From Octopus vulgaris (Eukaryota): DNA of 64,000 nt. Location of the stretch: contig OX597821.1 of NCBI GenBank assembly GCA_951406725.2, positions 32,922,001 to 32,986,000 on the forward strand, given 5' to 3'. Shown here piece by piece: positions 28,180-42,523 of this stretch; positions within the stretch are counted from its first letter, which is position 1, and each line of letters opens with the position of its first letter. The notes beneath the pieces were generated by a model that did no database searches, was not told the origin of the DNA, and worked only from the letters and a program-made list of their open reading frames with translations. The position numbers and the translations under genes were made by a program.

Positions 28180-28224
28180 CACATGGACTCGAGTTTCGAG
28201 GTATTGACCTCTCGTCAGCGTGTG
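28180..28224 (-). ncRNA. Type I hammerhead ribozyme motif
   Basis: Reverse complement of 28710-28754. Confidence 0.85.
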
Positions 28225-28709
28225 ACAATCATAGTTGTCGCCGAGAATTAGATTTCCTTCACAAATACTTATACTTTTTCCAGCGTCCACTGTCGCTGAT
28301 ATTGAAAAAGTGAAATCAAACAATGATAAATATCAATGTGAGTTATATATACAGTAGCGGTAACACAACGTGACGTATTTTTGCCATTTCAATATGGCTA
28401 ACCCCTAAGGGTGGATGCTACTGTAGTTTTTAGCCCCAGGAGATACTGACAGGACACAGAAAGTGTGTCTATGGCCAGCTGGAGGAGTGTGTCCTCCTGG
28501 GGCTAAAAATTACAGTAGCATCCACCCTTAGGGGTTAGCCATATTGAAATGGCAAAAATACGTCACGTTGTGTTACCGCTACTGTATATAACTCACATTG
28601 ATATTTATCATTGTTTGATTTCACTTTTTCAATATCAGCGACAGTGGACGCTGGAAAAAGTATAAGTATTTGTGAAGGAAATCTAATTCTCGGCGACAAC
28701 TATGATTGT

Positions 28710-28754
28710 CACACGCTGACGAGAGGTCAATACCTCGAAACTCGAGTCCATGTG
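28710..28754 (+). ncRNA. Type I hammerhead ribozyme motif (minimal, palindromic stem III)
   Basis: CACACG-CTGACGA-GAGGT caat ACCTC-GAAA-CTCGAG-TC^-CATGTG. Complete CUGANGA/GAAA/GUC core. Confidence 0.88.
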
Positions 28755-28982
28755 TATCATAAGTTGAAGACGGGAAGGATGACTTCCCTTTGCAAATACT
28801 GACAGGACACAGAAAGTGTGTCTATGGCCAGCTGGAGGAGTGTGTCCTCCTGGGGCTAAAAACTACAGTAGCATCCACCCTTAGTGGTTAGCCATATTGA
28901 AATGGCAAAAATACGTCACGTTGTGTTACTGCTACTGTATATAACTCACATTGATATTTATCATTATATATATATATATATA

Positions 28983-29033
<51 letters not shown>

Positions 29034-29037
29034 TATG

Positions 29038-29084
<47 letters not shown>

Positions 29085-29539
29085 CATACTTGAAGCAGAT
29101 ACATCGTAGGAAACCTGATTAACTACGATATTCATCCTGAAATAGTATCTCTTACAGACGTACACTGTTAAAAAAAACAAAACAAAAAGCATATCAGTCG
29201 CAGACGAAAATCGTCCAACCGCGGTGGTGTCATTGTTAAATACACATTTCTGCCTCTTTGGATTTCGTTAGCAACATACAACCATTGGCAGCCGAATACG
29301 AAGACAAAATCCGCCATTACTGATATAGTAAAAGAATGATTGAAAAATCGTTGATGCTGCAATTAGCCGGCCGGCCGGCTGGATAATAGTTTGTTATATG
29401 CAATTAAGGCATTATTACTTTAAAATAAAAATGTGTGTGTCATACTTAAAGCAGATACATCTTAGAAAGTCCAATTAACTGTGTTATTCGTAGACATATA
29501 GATAGAGAGAGAGGGGAGGAGAGAGTGATAGACATCCAT

Positions 29540-29570
<31 letters not shown>

Positions 29571-29729
29571 ATAGACAGTCAGACGGATAGATAGATACAT
29601 AGATAGATGTACATATATACCCATACATAAAGATAGAAGATAAATACATATTTACCTGCATACACACATACGTATATTTACATGCATAGATACATACATA
29701 CATGCATGCGTACATAGACTGAGAGAGAT

Positions 29730-29778
<49 letters not shown>

Positions 29779-30295
29779 GGACTGACTGTACGAGAGACAG
29801 AAATTGGTTGTATCAGTTACACTGAAGAATTAATATTCACAGTCTATTCAATAGTAGGCTACATATAAACAGAGACGCTAAAAAACACACAAGCCTCTAC
29901 GTGGTCGGTCAACTTGTAACAAAAGCAGCCAATCTTCTCTTCCTCAAATCACACTTGTCAGTCTTAAAATTCGACTTAGAATTCGAAACGTTGGATAATG
30001 TTTTCTCGCGTTTACTTTACACAAGAAAAAAAAACAGGCTCTCACAATTTTGAATGACTTGGGTCAAAGATCTGCTCAGCCAAAGGTGACTTAGGGGCGA
30101 AACAGCAAGAACGATAACCCCATTTTAAACAACATTGGCAGTCAATTTTCTTTGGTATCTATATTGCCAGCGAAGTCACTAGGGAATTGGGTAGACTTTT
30201 ATATAACAAGCGCATCATGTCACGTAGGAAACCTGATGCGAACTGTTCATGAAGCGCTTCGATTGACAATAAAATAGATTTTGCCCAGTCACTCC

Positions 30296-30343
<48 letters not shown>

Positions 30344-30577
30344 GACTACCTCTCAGTCTCTAAATATCTGAATACATGACCGCTTCTAGCTCTATCCCCC
30401 CACGCTCTCTCTCTCTCTCTTTCTCTATCATCTATCTATCTATCTATCTATCTATTTCTCTTCCAATTTCTCTTTTTCTCCCTATATGTATACACACAAA
30501 CATATATGCATGTATACACACGGACACACACAAACATATATGCATGTATACACACGGACACACACACGCATATATAT

Positions 30578-30622
<45 letters not shown>

Positions 30623-30765
30623 TATGTAAAAATATACTATATAAAACATATATTAAATTATATTGCATTTATACACACACACGCATATATATATATATAT
30701 ATATATATGCATTTATATACATATATATATATGTATATATATAAGTGCATATATACATACACACA

Positions 30766-30824
<59 letters not shown>

Positions 30825-31438
30825 CAATAACGCCTACATCTAACTTCATGATAGCAATTCAAGATGTGAATTAGACGAAAGAAATAAATGAATAATTATA
30901 TAAACAAAAAAAAATGAATTGGTAAATAAATAAATAAATAAATAAATAAATACAGAGTCGAAAAACAAAACAAACCTTCAACAGAAAAATACAATACAAA
31001 AAGGGAAAGCAAAAAGAAAAAAAATACCAAACACGAATTTCCACACACATAAGGAAAATAACATTAGACATTATGAGATATTCTGAAAGTCTAATAATGT
31101 GTGAAAAGCCGAAAGAATTCTCTTTGTACATTGATAGAGGCCAATAACTTCTTTAAATATATTTTCTGTTATTTTGTCATATATATGTGTATGTGTATGT
31201 GTGTGTGTGTGTGTGTCTGTGGGTGTGAGCATGTGTATGCGGCATTTGAGTATGTGTGTATTACACACACACACATACACACACATAGACACACACATAT
31301 ATGTATATACATACACATATATATATATATATATACAAATATATATATATATATATATATACCACACACAAGTATACATATACATGCATATTCATATGTA
31401 AGTATATATATATATATATATATATATCTGTATATCTG

Positions 31439-31469
<31 letters not shown>

Positions 31470-31567
31470 ATATATGTATATATATATATATGTATGTATT
31501 CTTCCTGTCTTTTTGTATCGTCTACATTTTCAAGTAGAGTCGCGTATACATATGCATAGATCGATAA

Positions 31568-31617
<50 letters not shown>

Positions 31618-31942
31618 TATTATAAATATATAAATGTATGCATATAGATACATATATGTATATATATTTCTGTTATGTATGTGTGTATGTATGTATATGT
31701 GCGTGTGTGTGTGTGCACGCGCGCGTATGTGTGTATATATCCGCTTAAATACGTATGTTTTGTGTGTGTCTTCTTTGTTTCGCATTTTTGTTGTTTTTTT
31801 TTGTATTATTTTATTCTTTTAGCTGATATAATAACGGTTAAAATATATTATCATTAAACATGTTCAATGACCAGTAAAAGGTAGGTGTTGCAGCGGTGGA
31901 CCATAACCTGTAAAATACTTTACAAATACGCAAGAAGACAGA

Positions 31943-31998
31943 ATGAAGAAGAAGAAGAAGAAGAAGAAGAAGAAGAAGAAGAAGAAGAAGAAGAAGAA

Positions 31999-32057
<59 letters not shown>

Positions 32058-32292
32058 GGATGATGATGATGATGATAACGACGACGACGAATGAACAACA
32101 ACCACAATATATATATAAAATAAATATATAGAAAAGAACTACAAAATGTAAGAAATAAACAAAAAAGGGAATAAACAAAAGCAATGATGACGATGATGAT
32201 GAGGCTAAATGATAATGGTGATAATGTGGATGATGACGATGATGATGATGGTGGTGATAATAATACGAATAATGATGATGAAGATGATGACG

Positions 32293-32362
<70 letters not shown>

Positions 32363-32369
32363 TAACAAC

Positions 32370-32410
<41 letters not shown>

Positions 32411-32462
32411 TAACAATAATAATAATAACGATAATAATAATAACAACAATAATATAATAACA

Positions 32463-32540
<78 letters not shown>

Positions 32541-32603
32541 CAATAATAATGTATTGGTAATAATAAATCAATTCTCGGAGGAAAGAAGTTAAGTAGATAT
32601 ATC

Positions 32604-32639
<36 letters not shown>

Positions 32640-32720
32640 AAGAAGAAGAAGAAGAAGAAGAAGAAGAGGAGGAGGAGGAGGAGGAGGAGGAGGAGGAGGA
32701 GGTAGAGGAGGTGGAGGGGA
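31943..32720. repeat. Compound (GAA)n/(GAT)n/(AAT)n/(GGA)n microsatellite
   Basis: Directly visible. Confidence 0.95.
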
Positions 32721-33164
32721 GGGCGAGGAAAAGGAGAATAGGAGCAACAATAACAGCAAATCAATTCTTGTAAGAAAATAAATATTTCTGAAAGTAAGAT
32801 ATAGGATGAATGAATAGCTGTTTTTTACAGACTGATGGTAGTAATAAAACTTATTGACATTGAACTGATTTGATTTATATATACAAAGATTAAGTTGTTA
32901 TTCTTGCACAAAATAGAAGGGAAAATAAAGAAATAATTTGCGCTGGTTGAAACAGTGAGAAATATTCCGTTTTACCCGTTACATACCACTAATCTATAAA
33001 GGGAGAAAAAAAGTGAAAATATCTAAGACTTGGGCTTTGGGACTTGCGCATGAACACATACATGTCCGAACTATTTTTGTATAATCATTCTTGTGTGTTG
33101 TGAGGCTTATTATGAAAAGATTGTGTCCACACAGTCAAATAGATCTTATAATCTTTTCTCTTAT

Positions 33165-33525
33165 AGACACAAGGCCTGAAATTTGGGAGGGGAGTAGTCC
33201 ATTACATCTCGGCTGATACTTAATTTATCGACCCCGAAAGGATAAAAGGCAAAGTCGACCTCGGCGGTATTTCAACTCAGAACGTAACGGCAGACGAAAT
33301 ACCTATTTCTTTACTACCCACAAGGGGCTAAACACAGAGGTGACAAACAAGGACAGACAAACGGATTAAGTCGATTACATCGACCCTAGTGCGTAACTGA
33401 TACTCAATTTATCGACCCCGGAATTTGAACTCAGAACGGCGGAATTTGAACTCAGAACGTAACGGCAGACGAAATACCGCTAAGCATTTCGCCCGGCGTG
33501 CTAACGATTCTGCCAGCTCTCCGCT
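33165..33525 (-). mobile_element. SINE family A nested/dimeric copy
   Basis: Junction GAAATACC|TATTTC at 33303/33304. The left part carries the older-subfamily tail. Confidence 0.85.
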
Positions 33526-35296
33526 CTTTATCGTCTCCAAAATATATATCTATAATCTATTACTCGAAGCCTTACCTGATGGAGTGGGTTGCTAAAGATC
33601 CAACGGGACATAAAGAATACCTGTCAAAAGGAACGATAAATCCAACGTAGGGTCAAAGAATATCTAGCAATACATAGTGGTAACTAAAAGATTCCAAACT
33701 AATGTCCAGCCTACCGTAAGACCACTTCTTAGCTTTTGTTTAAGTATGTCTCTATGAGTAAGTATTTCTATGTCCATAGCTACGTCGATGTTATAACAGG
33801 GCGGTAGGTCCAAGTTCCGCAGGCCTTAAAAGCAGTCTGACTAGGAGAAGGACACCGAGCATTAAACCTCATTGTCTGTGTGTGCCTGCAAAGAGGCGAA
33901 GGTAAAAGAGTCGATCCCGACAATATATCGAGTCGAATGGGAACTCAAGGCCCATCCATTCTATTCATCGTGAAGTATGCTTGAAGACACCACATGGAAT
34001 GAGTTGTATCTGAAACATCCGAATGAAAACCACAATAAGGTGATTATTTCATATAAATGAGGCAGTTTTAAGGGTTAAATGTGCATGACAAGGATGTTAC
34101 ATTGGGTCGCTTACACTGTATAACTTTATTTTTCTTCCTAGAGCGACTAAGTAAAAATATCGACTCTTTTCGAGCCAAAGAATGCGCCTCTGCGATGCTG
34201 TTTCACTTGACAGAAACAGCAGCCAAATCTCCCTCAAATCATACTTATTAAAAATGAAAGTATTAAGTGGATGATGCTGTCCTAGATACACAATATCTGA
34301 AAAACAAATGGTCATAACTAGAACAACTTTGATTGTATGTATGCTTGATCAGATTTGGCCTAGGGTTAAACAACAACATCAATTATGTTGCAATCACAAG
34401 TGATGCTTATGAAGCCATTTCATGAAATGTACGCTTTATATATTTTATTAATAATTTTTATTTAATATAATGTTTATTAACATAAGAAATCAATTTACTT
34501 TTAAAACATGAAATCAATAAAAATATAATATATTTCTAATTTGAAAAGATCTTTATTTTAAATAACTTGTAGATAACAGATAAACATGTAATATAATGTG
34601 GTATTGATCACAAAATATGAATCAAATATATTGAAAGATAACCATTGAATCAATAACAGATCAGGTATATTTCTGATACTCATTGATAAAGGAAAAATCT
34701 CGGGAAATTATCATTTTTTTCATGTATAATACCATATATACAGCTAGATTTTTGTAAATCTATTTTTGTGTAAATAAGAATTTCTAAATCTATATACACA
34801 AAATATAGATTTATGTTATCACTATGAAATTTTCCTCTCAGTTAAAATATCATGGGATTGTAAGCAGAGAAACATAGATTGTGTTGTAGAATGACATCAA
34901 AGATAAATTGTGTCTTTTCATAAAAGTGCTCTAAATGTATTCTGAGGCGCACACACACACACACACACTTGTATGAGTGGTAAAAGCTACAACAGGTGAC
35001 ACTAGAATGTACTTTCACTTTCTGTTTAATCACAAAAAAGGGAATAACAGGTCCAATGTGCAAATGAAATGTAACTCCGTGTTAGGTATGAATGCCGGAT
35101 ATTATTCAAATCATTGCGATATACGAATAGATTTATAGAAAATAAATACTCGGTACGGAAATAATAGAACTCATCTCGGAAAGTAACAATCAAACAAAAA
35201 TATAACTGAAGTAACTGTAGAAATGTAAATTGTAAATTCAAACCTAAAAAGTAATAACCGTGGAAATATGAATTACGAACATTAGCCTAAAATATA

Positions 35297-35529
35297 TATT
35301 TCTTTACTACCCACAAGGGGCTAAACACAGAGGGGACAAACAAGGACAGACAAACGGATTAAGTCGATTACATCGACCCCAGTGCGTAACTGGTACTTAA
35401 TTTATCGACCTCGAAAGGATGAAAGGCAAAGTTGACCTCGGCGGAATTTGAACTCATAACGTAACGGCAGACGAAATACCGCTAAGCATTTCGCCCGGCG
35501 TCCTAACGTTTCTGCCAGCTCGCTGCCTT
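35297..35529 (-). mobile_element. Full-length young SINE family A monomer
   Basis: 16-bp TSD ATTAGCCTAAAATATA at 35281-35296 and 35530-35545. Confidence 0.92.
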
Positions 35530-37028
35530 ATTAGCCTAAAATATAATCCAGCAGAATATTCTGAACATGTTATTAAATATTGATAATAATTCATTGATTA
35601 AATAAATACTTTCAGGTCGCTCAGGCAGTCCGGCTTTCTTTTGACACCCTTTCGAAAACTTCAGTGAAGATGGAGCTTTCCGGTTTTATAAGGTAATTCA
35701 TCTAGAAAATAACTCCAATGTAAAATTTACAGTTTGGTGGCCATCGCAGCTATCTGAGCCCACTGAACCACTATGTTAAGCCTTTCGGGTCTAAAGAGTA
35801 GGATCTTTTGGCCCTTTGGGTCTAAAGAGTAAAACTACTGAACGCATGCCAAAAGACAAGCACTGCAATATCGAAGATTGGTTTCCATAGCCACTTGAGG
35901 ACATATCGCTCTGCCTCGTGCACTTCAGACAAGAAGAAACTGTCGTCCATTAAGTAAATACTGATTTTCATATGTGCTCATGACTTCAGTATTCGATTAG
36001 TACTTATTTTGTTGACCCACTCACAGAAGTATGTAAGTATAAAAAAAAAATCAGCCAAAATGGAATTCGAACTCAGAACCTGAATATTACAGAACTGAGA
36101 TTTGTTCGATTCTTTAACGATTCAGTCAATCTCTCGAGCTGATTAGTGATATTAAAAGGAAGTGGAATGACAGAAATGCTACAGTGTCAGACTTTTCATA
36201 TATTTCATCTTAATGTTCGAAGAGGAAATTTTCAACATTGACTTTACTTTCAATCTCCTGAGTCGATAAATTAAGAACCAGCATAGTAATAAGGCACGTT
36301 ACGTGTATACCTTAATAAACTAACGTTTTGTAATACGTCTAGCGTAAAACTTGAAGAGAGTCGGGGAAAAAAAATGAAACTATCATCTATTGCTTGATTA
36401 TGATCAACAGCTCCCCTGCGTAAGAAATATATGTTATATATGTTTAACAAATCAGTAACTTTTACAAGCGTATTGTAATAATTAAAGTATAATAAAAGGA
36501 GACAGACAATTAGGTTGCTTTTTACTGTCTTGAAACTCCTTGCACAACATTATTTTATCGAGAAATAACAACCTGAGGGAAAGGGTTTGTACTAGAGGTG
36601 GATACAGAACCAAAATGAGTTTACGGTCTCTTTTAGAATCATAGGTTTTATGCATAATTTATATAAGCTTCCTGTTTAAGAAATTTTGTTTCTTAAGAAA
36701 TTATTAAAGAGAGTCGATTGCCTGTTTTGAAATAATTTGAGTTTACGTACAGAAATTGAAGAAAAAATAGAATTAATATAAACCAAAAATAAAGTAGCGG
36801 CAAGAAAAGCAGAAATATGAATATATATAAATATATTTTGTTATTCTATGAGACAGTGCATATAAGGAAATTAAAGGTAAGAAGAAAACCATATAATTGA
36901 TCTACCTATTGGCATTACAGACAAATGTCTAAATTGTTATAGCTATAAATGTGTTAGGTTACAATTATACTTTATTATATTACTTATATTAAAAAGCAAA
37001 AGTGAGATGAGAAAAGGAGACAGAGACG

Positions 37029-37064
<36 letters not shown>

Positions 37065-37215
37065 AACAGAATTAATAGCTGTTCAAGTTTCGCAGTTCCG
37101 TTCCAAAAAGTAGCAAATAAAACTCCAATGTAGATTATTTTTGGAAGAGAAATTCATCTCTAAGGCGTAACAATATTGCCATGTTTATCTCTAAAACCAT
37201 ACAACTGAGAGATAC

Positions 37216-37277
<62 letters not shown>

Positions 37278-37385
37278 GGATGGATGTATGGATGGATGGA
37301 TGGATGGATGGATGGATGGATGGATGGATGGATGGATGGATGGATGGATGGATGGATGGATGGATGGATGGATGGATGGATGGAT

Positions 37386-37457
<72 letters not shown>

Positions 37458-37477
37458 GATGGATGGATGGATGGATG

Positions 37478-37509
<32 letters not shown>

Positions 37510-37908
37510 TGTTTCTTTATTAGCCACACAGGGCTGCACACAGATAGAACAAATTACAAGGTAGAGCTTTTCTTTTGAAGGTTTAAGAAAAAAAAAAAAG
37601 GAAGGGGGAGTTTCGATCAAAAGGGATCGTAAAAGGAGAGAAAGAGGACAAAAAAAGGGGGGTCTAAAAAAAAGGGGGGAGGAAAAAAATTGATCAATAG
37701 GGATCGTTATCACAGAAATGTCAATATGAAGTGTAAAGGGGAGGACAGGTGAGGTTTACCCGTGCAAAGAAAAGCCTACGGAAAAGACCACGGTAACCTC
37801 GGTCAATGATGTCACATTTTATATTTCTTTTTTTTTTTTTTGCAAATAAGCAACTCTCTGTTTTCGATTTCTGGGTTCATAGGACTATGCTCAAGGTGGC
37901 TTCGTCAT
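37510..37908 (-). mobile_element. 5'-truncated 3' end of (GATA)n-targeting Tx1-like LINE
   Basis: Same 3' terminus as 3306 and collinear with 48583-48990. (GATA)n on both sides. Confidence 0.92.
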
Positions 37909-38000
<92 letters not shown>

Positions 38001-38118
38001 TAGATTTATACATATATATGTGTGTATATATATATGTATACATGCATACACACACACGCACAAACAAACATACATACATACATACATACATACATACATA
38101 CATACATACATACATACA

Positions 38119-38150
<32 letters not shown>

Positions 38151-38796
38151 CAGCGGGAGAAAGAAAGACAGGAAAAATGCATTTAAATATATCAAGATTC
38201 GAAGAGACTTGTTTTTCATGGTGTACCTAATTAATATACTTTGGGCGCTATATAAGGAGTGTTGTGACGTTCATAGATTTCGCACTTAGGACATTTTTGT
38301 GATATAATTAAATCTTGTCTTTACTAGTAGAGACACGACAACCAGCAAACTGAATAATGAAACGCAACAAACGACAGTGATGAAAAATATACCATTTTAC
38401 CAATGAAAAAAATTGATAAGTTAAAGAGCGGTGGAAAAAACACACTTAATTGGGAAATGGAAAGAAAGATATTAATACAAAAAATACATCACCTTATCAA
38501 AAGATATCTATAAAATGGACAAAGTAAGTTATAGAAGCACAGAAGAATGTATATGATCAATGTATGATAACGAAATAACGAAAAATAACAGTCGCCTGAA
38601 AATGCGTGGACGTGAAACTCCATTCGCGAGAAAAAAAGGCATCTAGTTCATTTATGCTAGTGTGTCTGTGCGAGCACGCGCGTATATTTATGTACGTATG
38701 TGTGTACGTGCGTATGTATGCTTGTGTTTGTTGTGTATGTATGTATGTATGTATGTATGTATGTATGTATGTATATATGTATGTAATAAAATTTAT

Positions 38797-38962
38797 AGGC
38801 GGAGGAGTGACTGTGTGGTAAGTAGCTTGTTTACCAACCACATAGTTCCGGGTTCAGTCCCATTGCGTGGCACCTTGGGCAAGTGTCTTCTGCTATAGCA
38901 TCGGGCCGACCAAAGCCTTGTGAGTGGATTTGGTAGACGGAAACTGAAAGAAGCCCGTCGTA

Positions 38963-39026
<64 letters not shown>

Positions 39027-39228
39027 TATGTGTCTGTGTTTGTCGCCCTAGCATTGCTTGACAACCGATGCTGGTGTGTTTATGTCCCCGTCACTTAGCG
39101 GTTCGGCAAAAGAGACCGATAGAATAAGTACTGGGCTTACAAAGAATAAGTCCCGGGGTCCAGTTGCTCGATTAAAGGCGGTGCACCAGCATGGCCGCAG
39201 TCAAAATGACTGAAACAAGTAAAAAGAG
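38797..39228 (+). mobile_element. Full-length tRNA-derived SINE family B
   Basis: A box TG(A/G)CTGTGTGGTAAG, B box GGTTCAGTCCC, CORE-like GGCACCTTGGGCAAGTGTC, internal (TA)n, tail TGACTGAAACAAGTAAAAAGAG. Confidence 0.9.
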
Positions 39229-39329
39229 AAAAAAAAGAGAAAAAGACAGAAGTCAGAATCAGAGGGAGAATAGTTAGAGAAAGACATAGAGAGAGACAGA
39301 CAGACAAATAGATAGACAGATAGAAAGAC

Positions 39330-39432
<103 letters not shown>

Positions 39433-40452
39433 AATATTATAGATTGATGGGAATAAGCACACACATTGCTATAAGATATGCGTATATGTTCGTGTCAAAA
39501 AGATTGTATGCATACATCCACCATCACACAGGCGCGCGCACACATATACACCATTCACGCGCACTCTCTCATACACACACGCGTGTGCGCTCATACGAGC
39601 ACAGATACATGTACTTAACTCTCTACTCCAGACATGCAATCACATAATGAACTTTCCTTAGCCTCCAGATAAAAGAAACGAATTTCCATAAAAATAATAA
39701 AAATATATAACACATCACAAGAATTTAAAGAAAAATAACAAAATTGACGAAAAATGTTTTTAATATAAACATTAAGAAAAATAGTCATTTGAACCAAATG
39801 TCTGTTTTCTGTCTTTTCGTGTCTTTCGGCAACGGAACTGTTGTCTGAATCTTTATTTAGCTTTCTAGTAATTGGTAAGTAAATTAGCAATGGAAATGCT
39901 TCTGAGAACGAAATGCCTGTTGTCGAATTGGAAACTTTCCGATTTTAAAATAAGAAATTAGTCTCAAACCGCCATGGTCGTTTGTTTGTATTTCATGGAA
40001 ATATGGTGAAAAACTTAGGAATAAAAATACTAAAGTATTTTGATGCTTAAATAGCATATACAGCTAGGAAGATATAATAGCATCCTTATAAAGAAGAAGC
40101 ACGCTGGCATACAAACACACTAATACATACTGTATAGCGCGGTGAACATCAGAATAATGGAGGGAAGGTAAAGGCGAATATAGACGTAAGGATGATAAAA
40201 AGAGGTGAAAGAGATGGTGGGCAGGAAAAAATCTATACTACAAATGATACCTCCGTGTGCACTGCCTACACAAGCCGTGTCCTATCTAGGGCACCAATAT
40301 GTAAATAACGGCCCATGTACGTGTGTGTATATGTGTGTGTGCGTACATATATCCATATATACAAAATATACGTGTACGTGCATGCATGTATATATCCATA
40401 TGCAGATACGTAGATTGAGAGAGAGACAGAGACAAAGATTGTTAGACAGAGG

Positions 40453-40513
<61 letters not shown>

Positions 40514-40530
40514 GAGAGAGAGAGGGAGAA

Positions 40531-40606
<76 letters not shown>

Positions 40607-41265
40607 AGATATGTGTGTGCATACATACATATAAACTTAGATAAACTTAGATATGTTTCGACCAAAGATTGGTCCATGTATATAAACATGTACATAAGCA
40701 TACCTACTTGCATCAATATATAAATATATATATATATACATATATGCTTATATATAGAGAGAGAAAGGGAGACAGAGGGGGAGAGAGGAGAGAGAGAGAA
40801 AGAGAGAGCAAGCGAGAGAGAAAGAGATGTGATGTATATTTACGTACGCAAGTGTTAATACAATTGACACATTCAAAACACACCAGCCAGTTCTATATTG
40901 GAAATCGAAAATCCAGTTAGTTGATACGGTAATGTTTGAAAGTGCCAAGTGGCTCATTTTGCTGTGTTTACTGAACGGGTTTCTTAAAATCCTGATATAG
41001 AACAGAATTATAGTTTAAAATGGCATACCGTAGGGGAAAATGCTTATGGAAGGTCAATTGTTTGGCGAGAATATCACAAATTTTAGATTTAGCTATTGGC
41101 ACACTCGTGTTTACATGATGTCCACTGTTATAAAAATAACATCTCTGCACACCCTGTGTTCAGGTATTGTTACAAATACATACATGTATATACAATTACT
41201 GACATGTTCGAAGGGATATGTACACATACGTACATTTATAGACACATACAGTATGTATGGATGCG

Positions 41266-41355
<90 letters not shown>

Positions 41356-41387
41356 CAGATGAAGTTGTGCCTGTATATGTATGTTTG

Positions 41388-41446
<59 letters not shown>

Positions 41447-41758
41447 GCATACATATATTTATATAAATATATATACATATATAAACATATATATGCACTC
41501 ACAGACACACACAGACATTTGAGTAGTTGAATGAATTATCTTATTATGGATAATTCGGTTAACCGATACCTGGGTAGCAAATTCACGTCAGAAAAACACG
41601 GTTGGAGCTCTTCGAAATATGCAGCCTTCGAAACATATGTCGAGAATAAAGGAATTTTGTTAATTCGTCGTTCAACTCCATTCTTTCATTTATATATATA
41701 TATAACTATTCATTCATTCATTTATCCGTGTTAATTGTTAACTAGGTAAAATACACTC

Positions 41759-41824
<66 letters not shown>

Positions 41825-41826
<2 letters not shown>

Positions 41827-42486
41827 TAGTAATGCAATACTAGAGTATTGCTTTCCAGTAAAGAATAGCCCATGAGGGAAAAATATACAAAGAAGTAAAT
41901 ATATGGCACAACGAAGTACCGATATTTACTGGAAATAGCGAACGTAATAATACGACGCTAATGTATAGCTTCACCGCGTATGTACTAGCAAAAATGCGTG
42001 AGTGCAACAAACTTGAAAAAATTGTCTTACCTCCAGGGAGAACATCTGAAAGATGAAATACCTAGAAAAGGATAATGTGGGACCGGCGTCGGTTTCAGAT
42101 TTTTCAAGATATGCCTGCACACATATACTTGATCTATCTTCATCAGCCAAACATATACCACGACAACATTTCAGATGTTACCACATTAATGCCAATACAC
42201 TCGACTGAAACGTGGTATACGTTTGGCTGATGAAGATAGATCAAGTATATGTGTGCAGGCATATCTTGAAAAATCTGAAACCGACGCCGGTCCCACATTA
42301 TCCTTTTCTAGGTATTTCATCTTTCAGATGTTCTCCCTGGAGGTAAGACAATTTTTTTCAAGTTTGTTGCACTCACGCAGTTTTGCTAGTACATACGCGG
42401 TGAAGCTATACATTAGCGTCGTATTATTACGTTCGCTATTTCCAGTAAATATCGGTACTTCGTTGTGCCATATATTTACTTCTTTG

Positions 42487-42490
<4 letters not shown>
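41825..42490. mobile_element. Head-to-head inverted repeat of a hammerhead-bearing element (Penelope pLTR-like) in (TA)n
   Basis: Arms ~41883-42162 and 42211-~42490 are near-perfect reverse complements with a 48-bp spacer. Confidence 0.9.
42224..42296 (+). ncRNA. Type I hammerhead motif with extended stem II (inverted copy at ~42077-42149)
   Basis: TGG-CTGATGA-AGAT...TCAAG.ATATG..CATAT.CTTGA...ATCT-GAAA-CCG acgc CGG-TC^-CCA. Confidence 0.82.

Positions 42491-42523
<33 letters not shown>

Larger units (their letters stand above)
28012..28965. mobile_element. Head-to-head partial tandem arrays of a ~355-bp hammerhead-bearing monomer (Penelope pLTR / retrozyme-like)
   Basis: Left arm 28012-28442 (period 355) is the reverse complement of right arm 28443-28965 (period 353). 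Arms near-identical, (TA)n on both flanks. Confidence 0.9.

Noticed and set aside
28132-28802. Identical 63-aa ORFs on opposite strands (likewise the 69-aa pair at 60702 and 61291)
   Set aside because: By-products of the inverted/tandem repeat with non-ATG starts and no recognisable domain.
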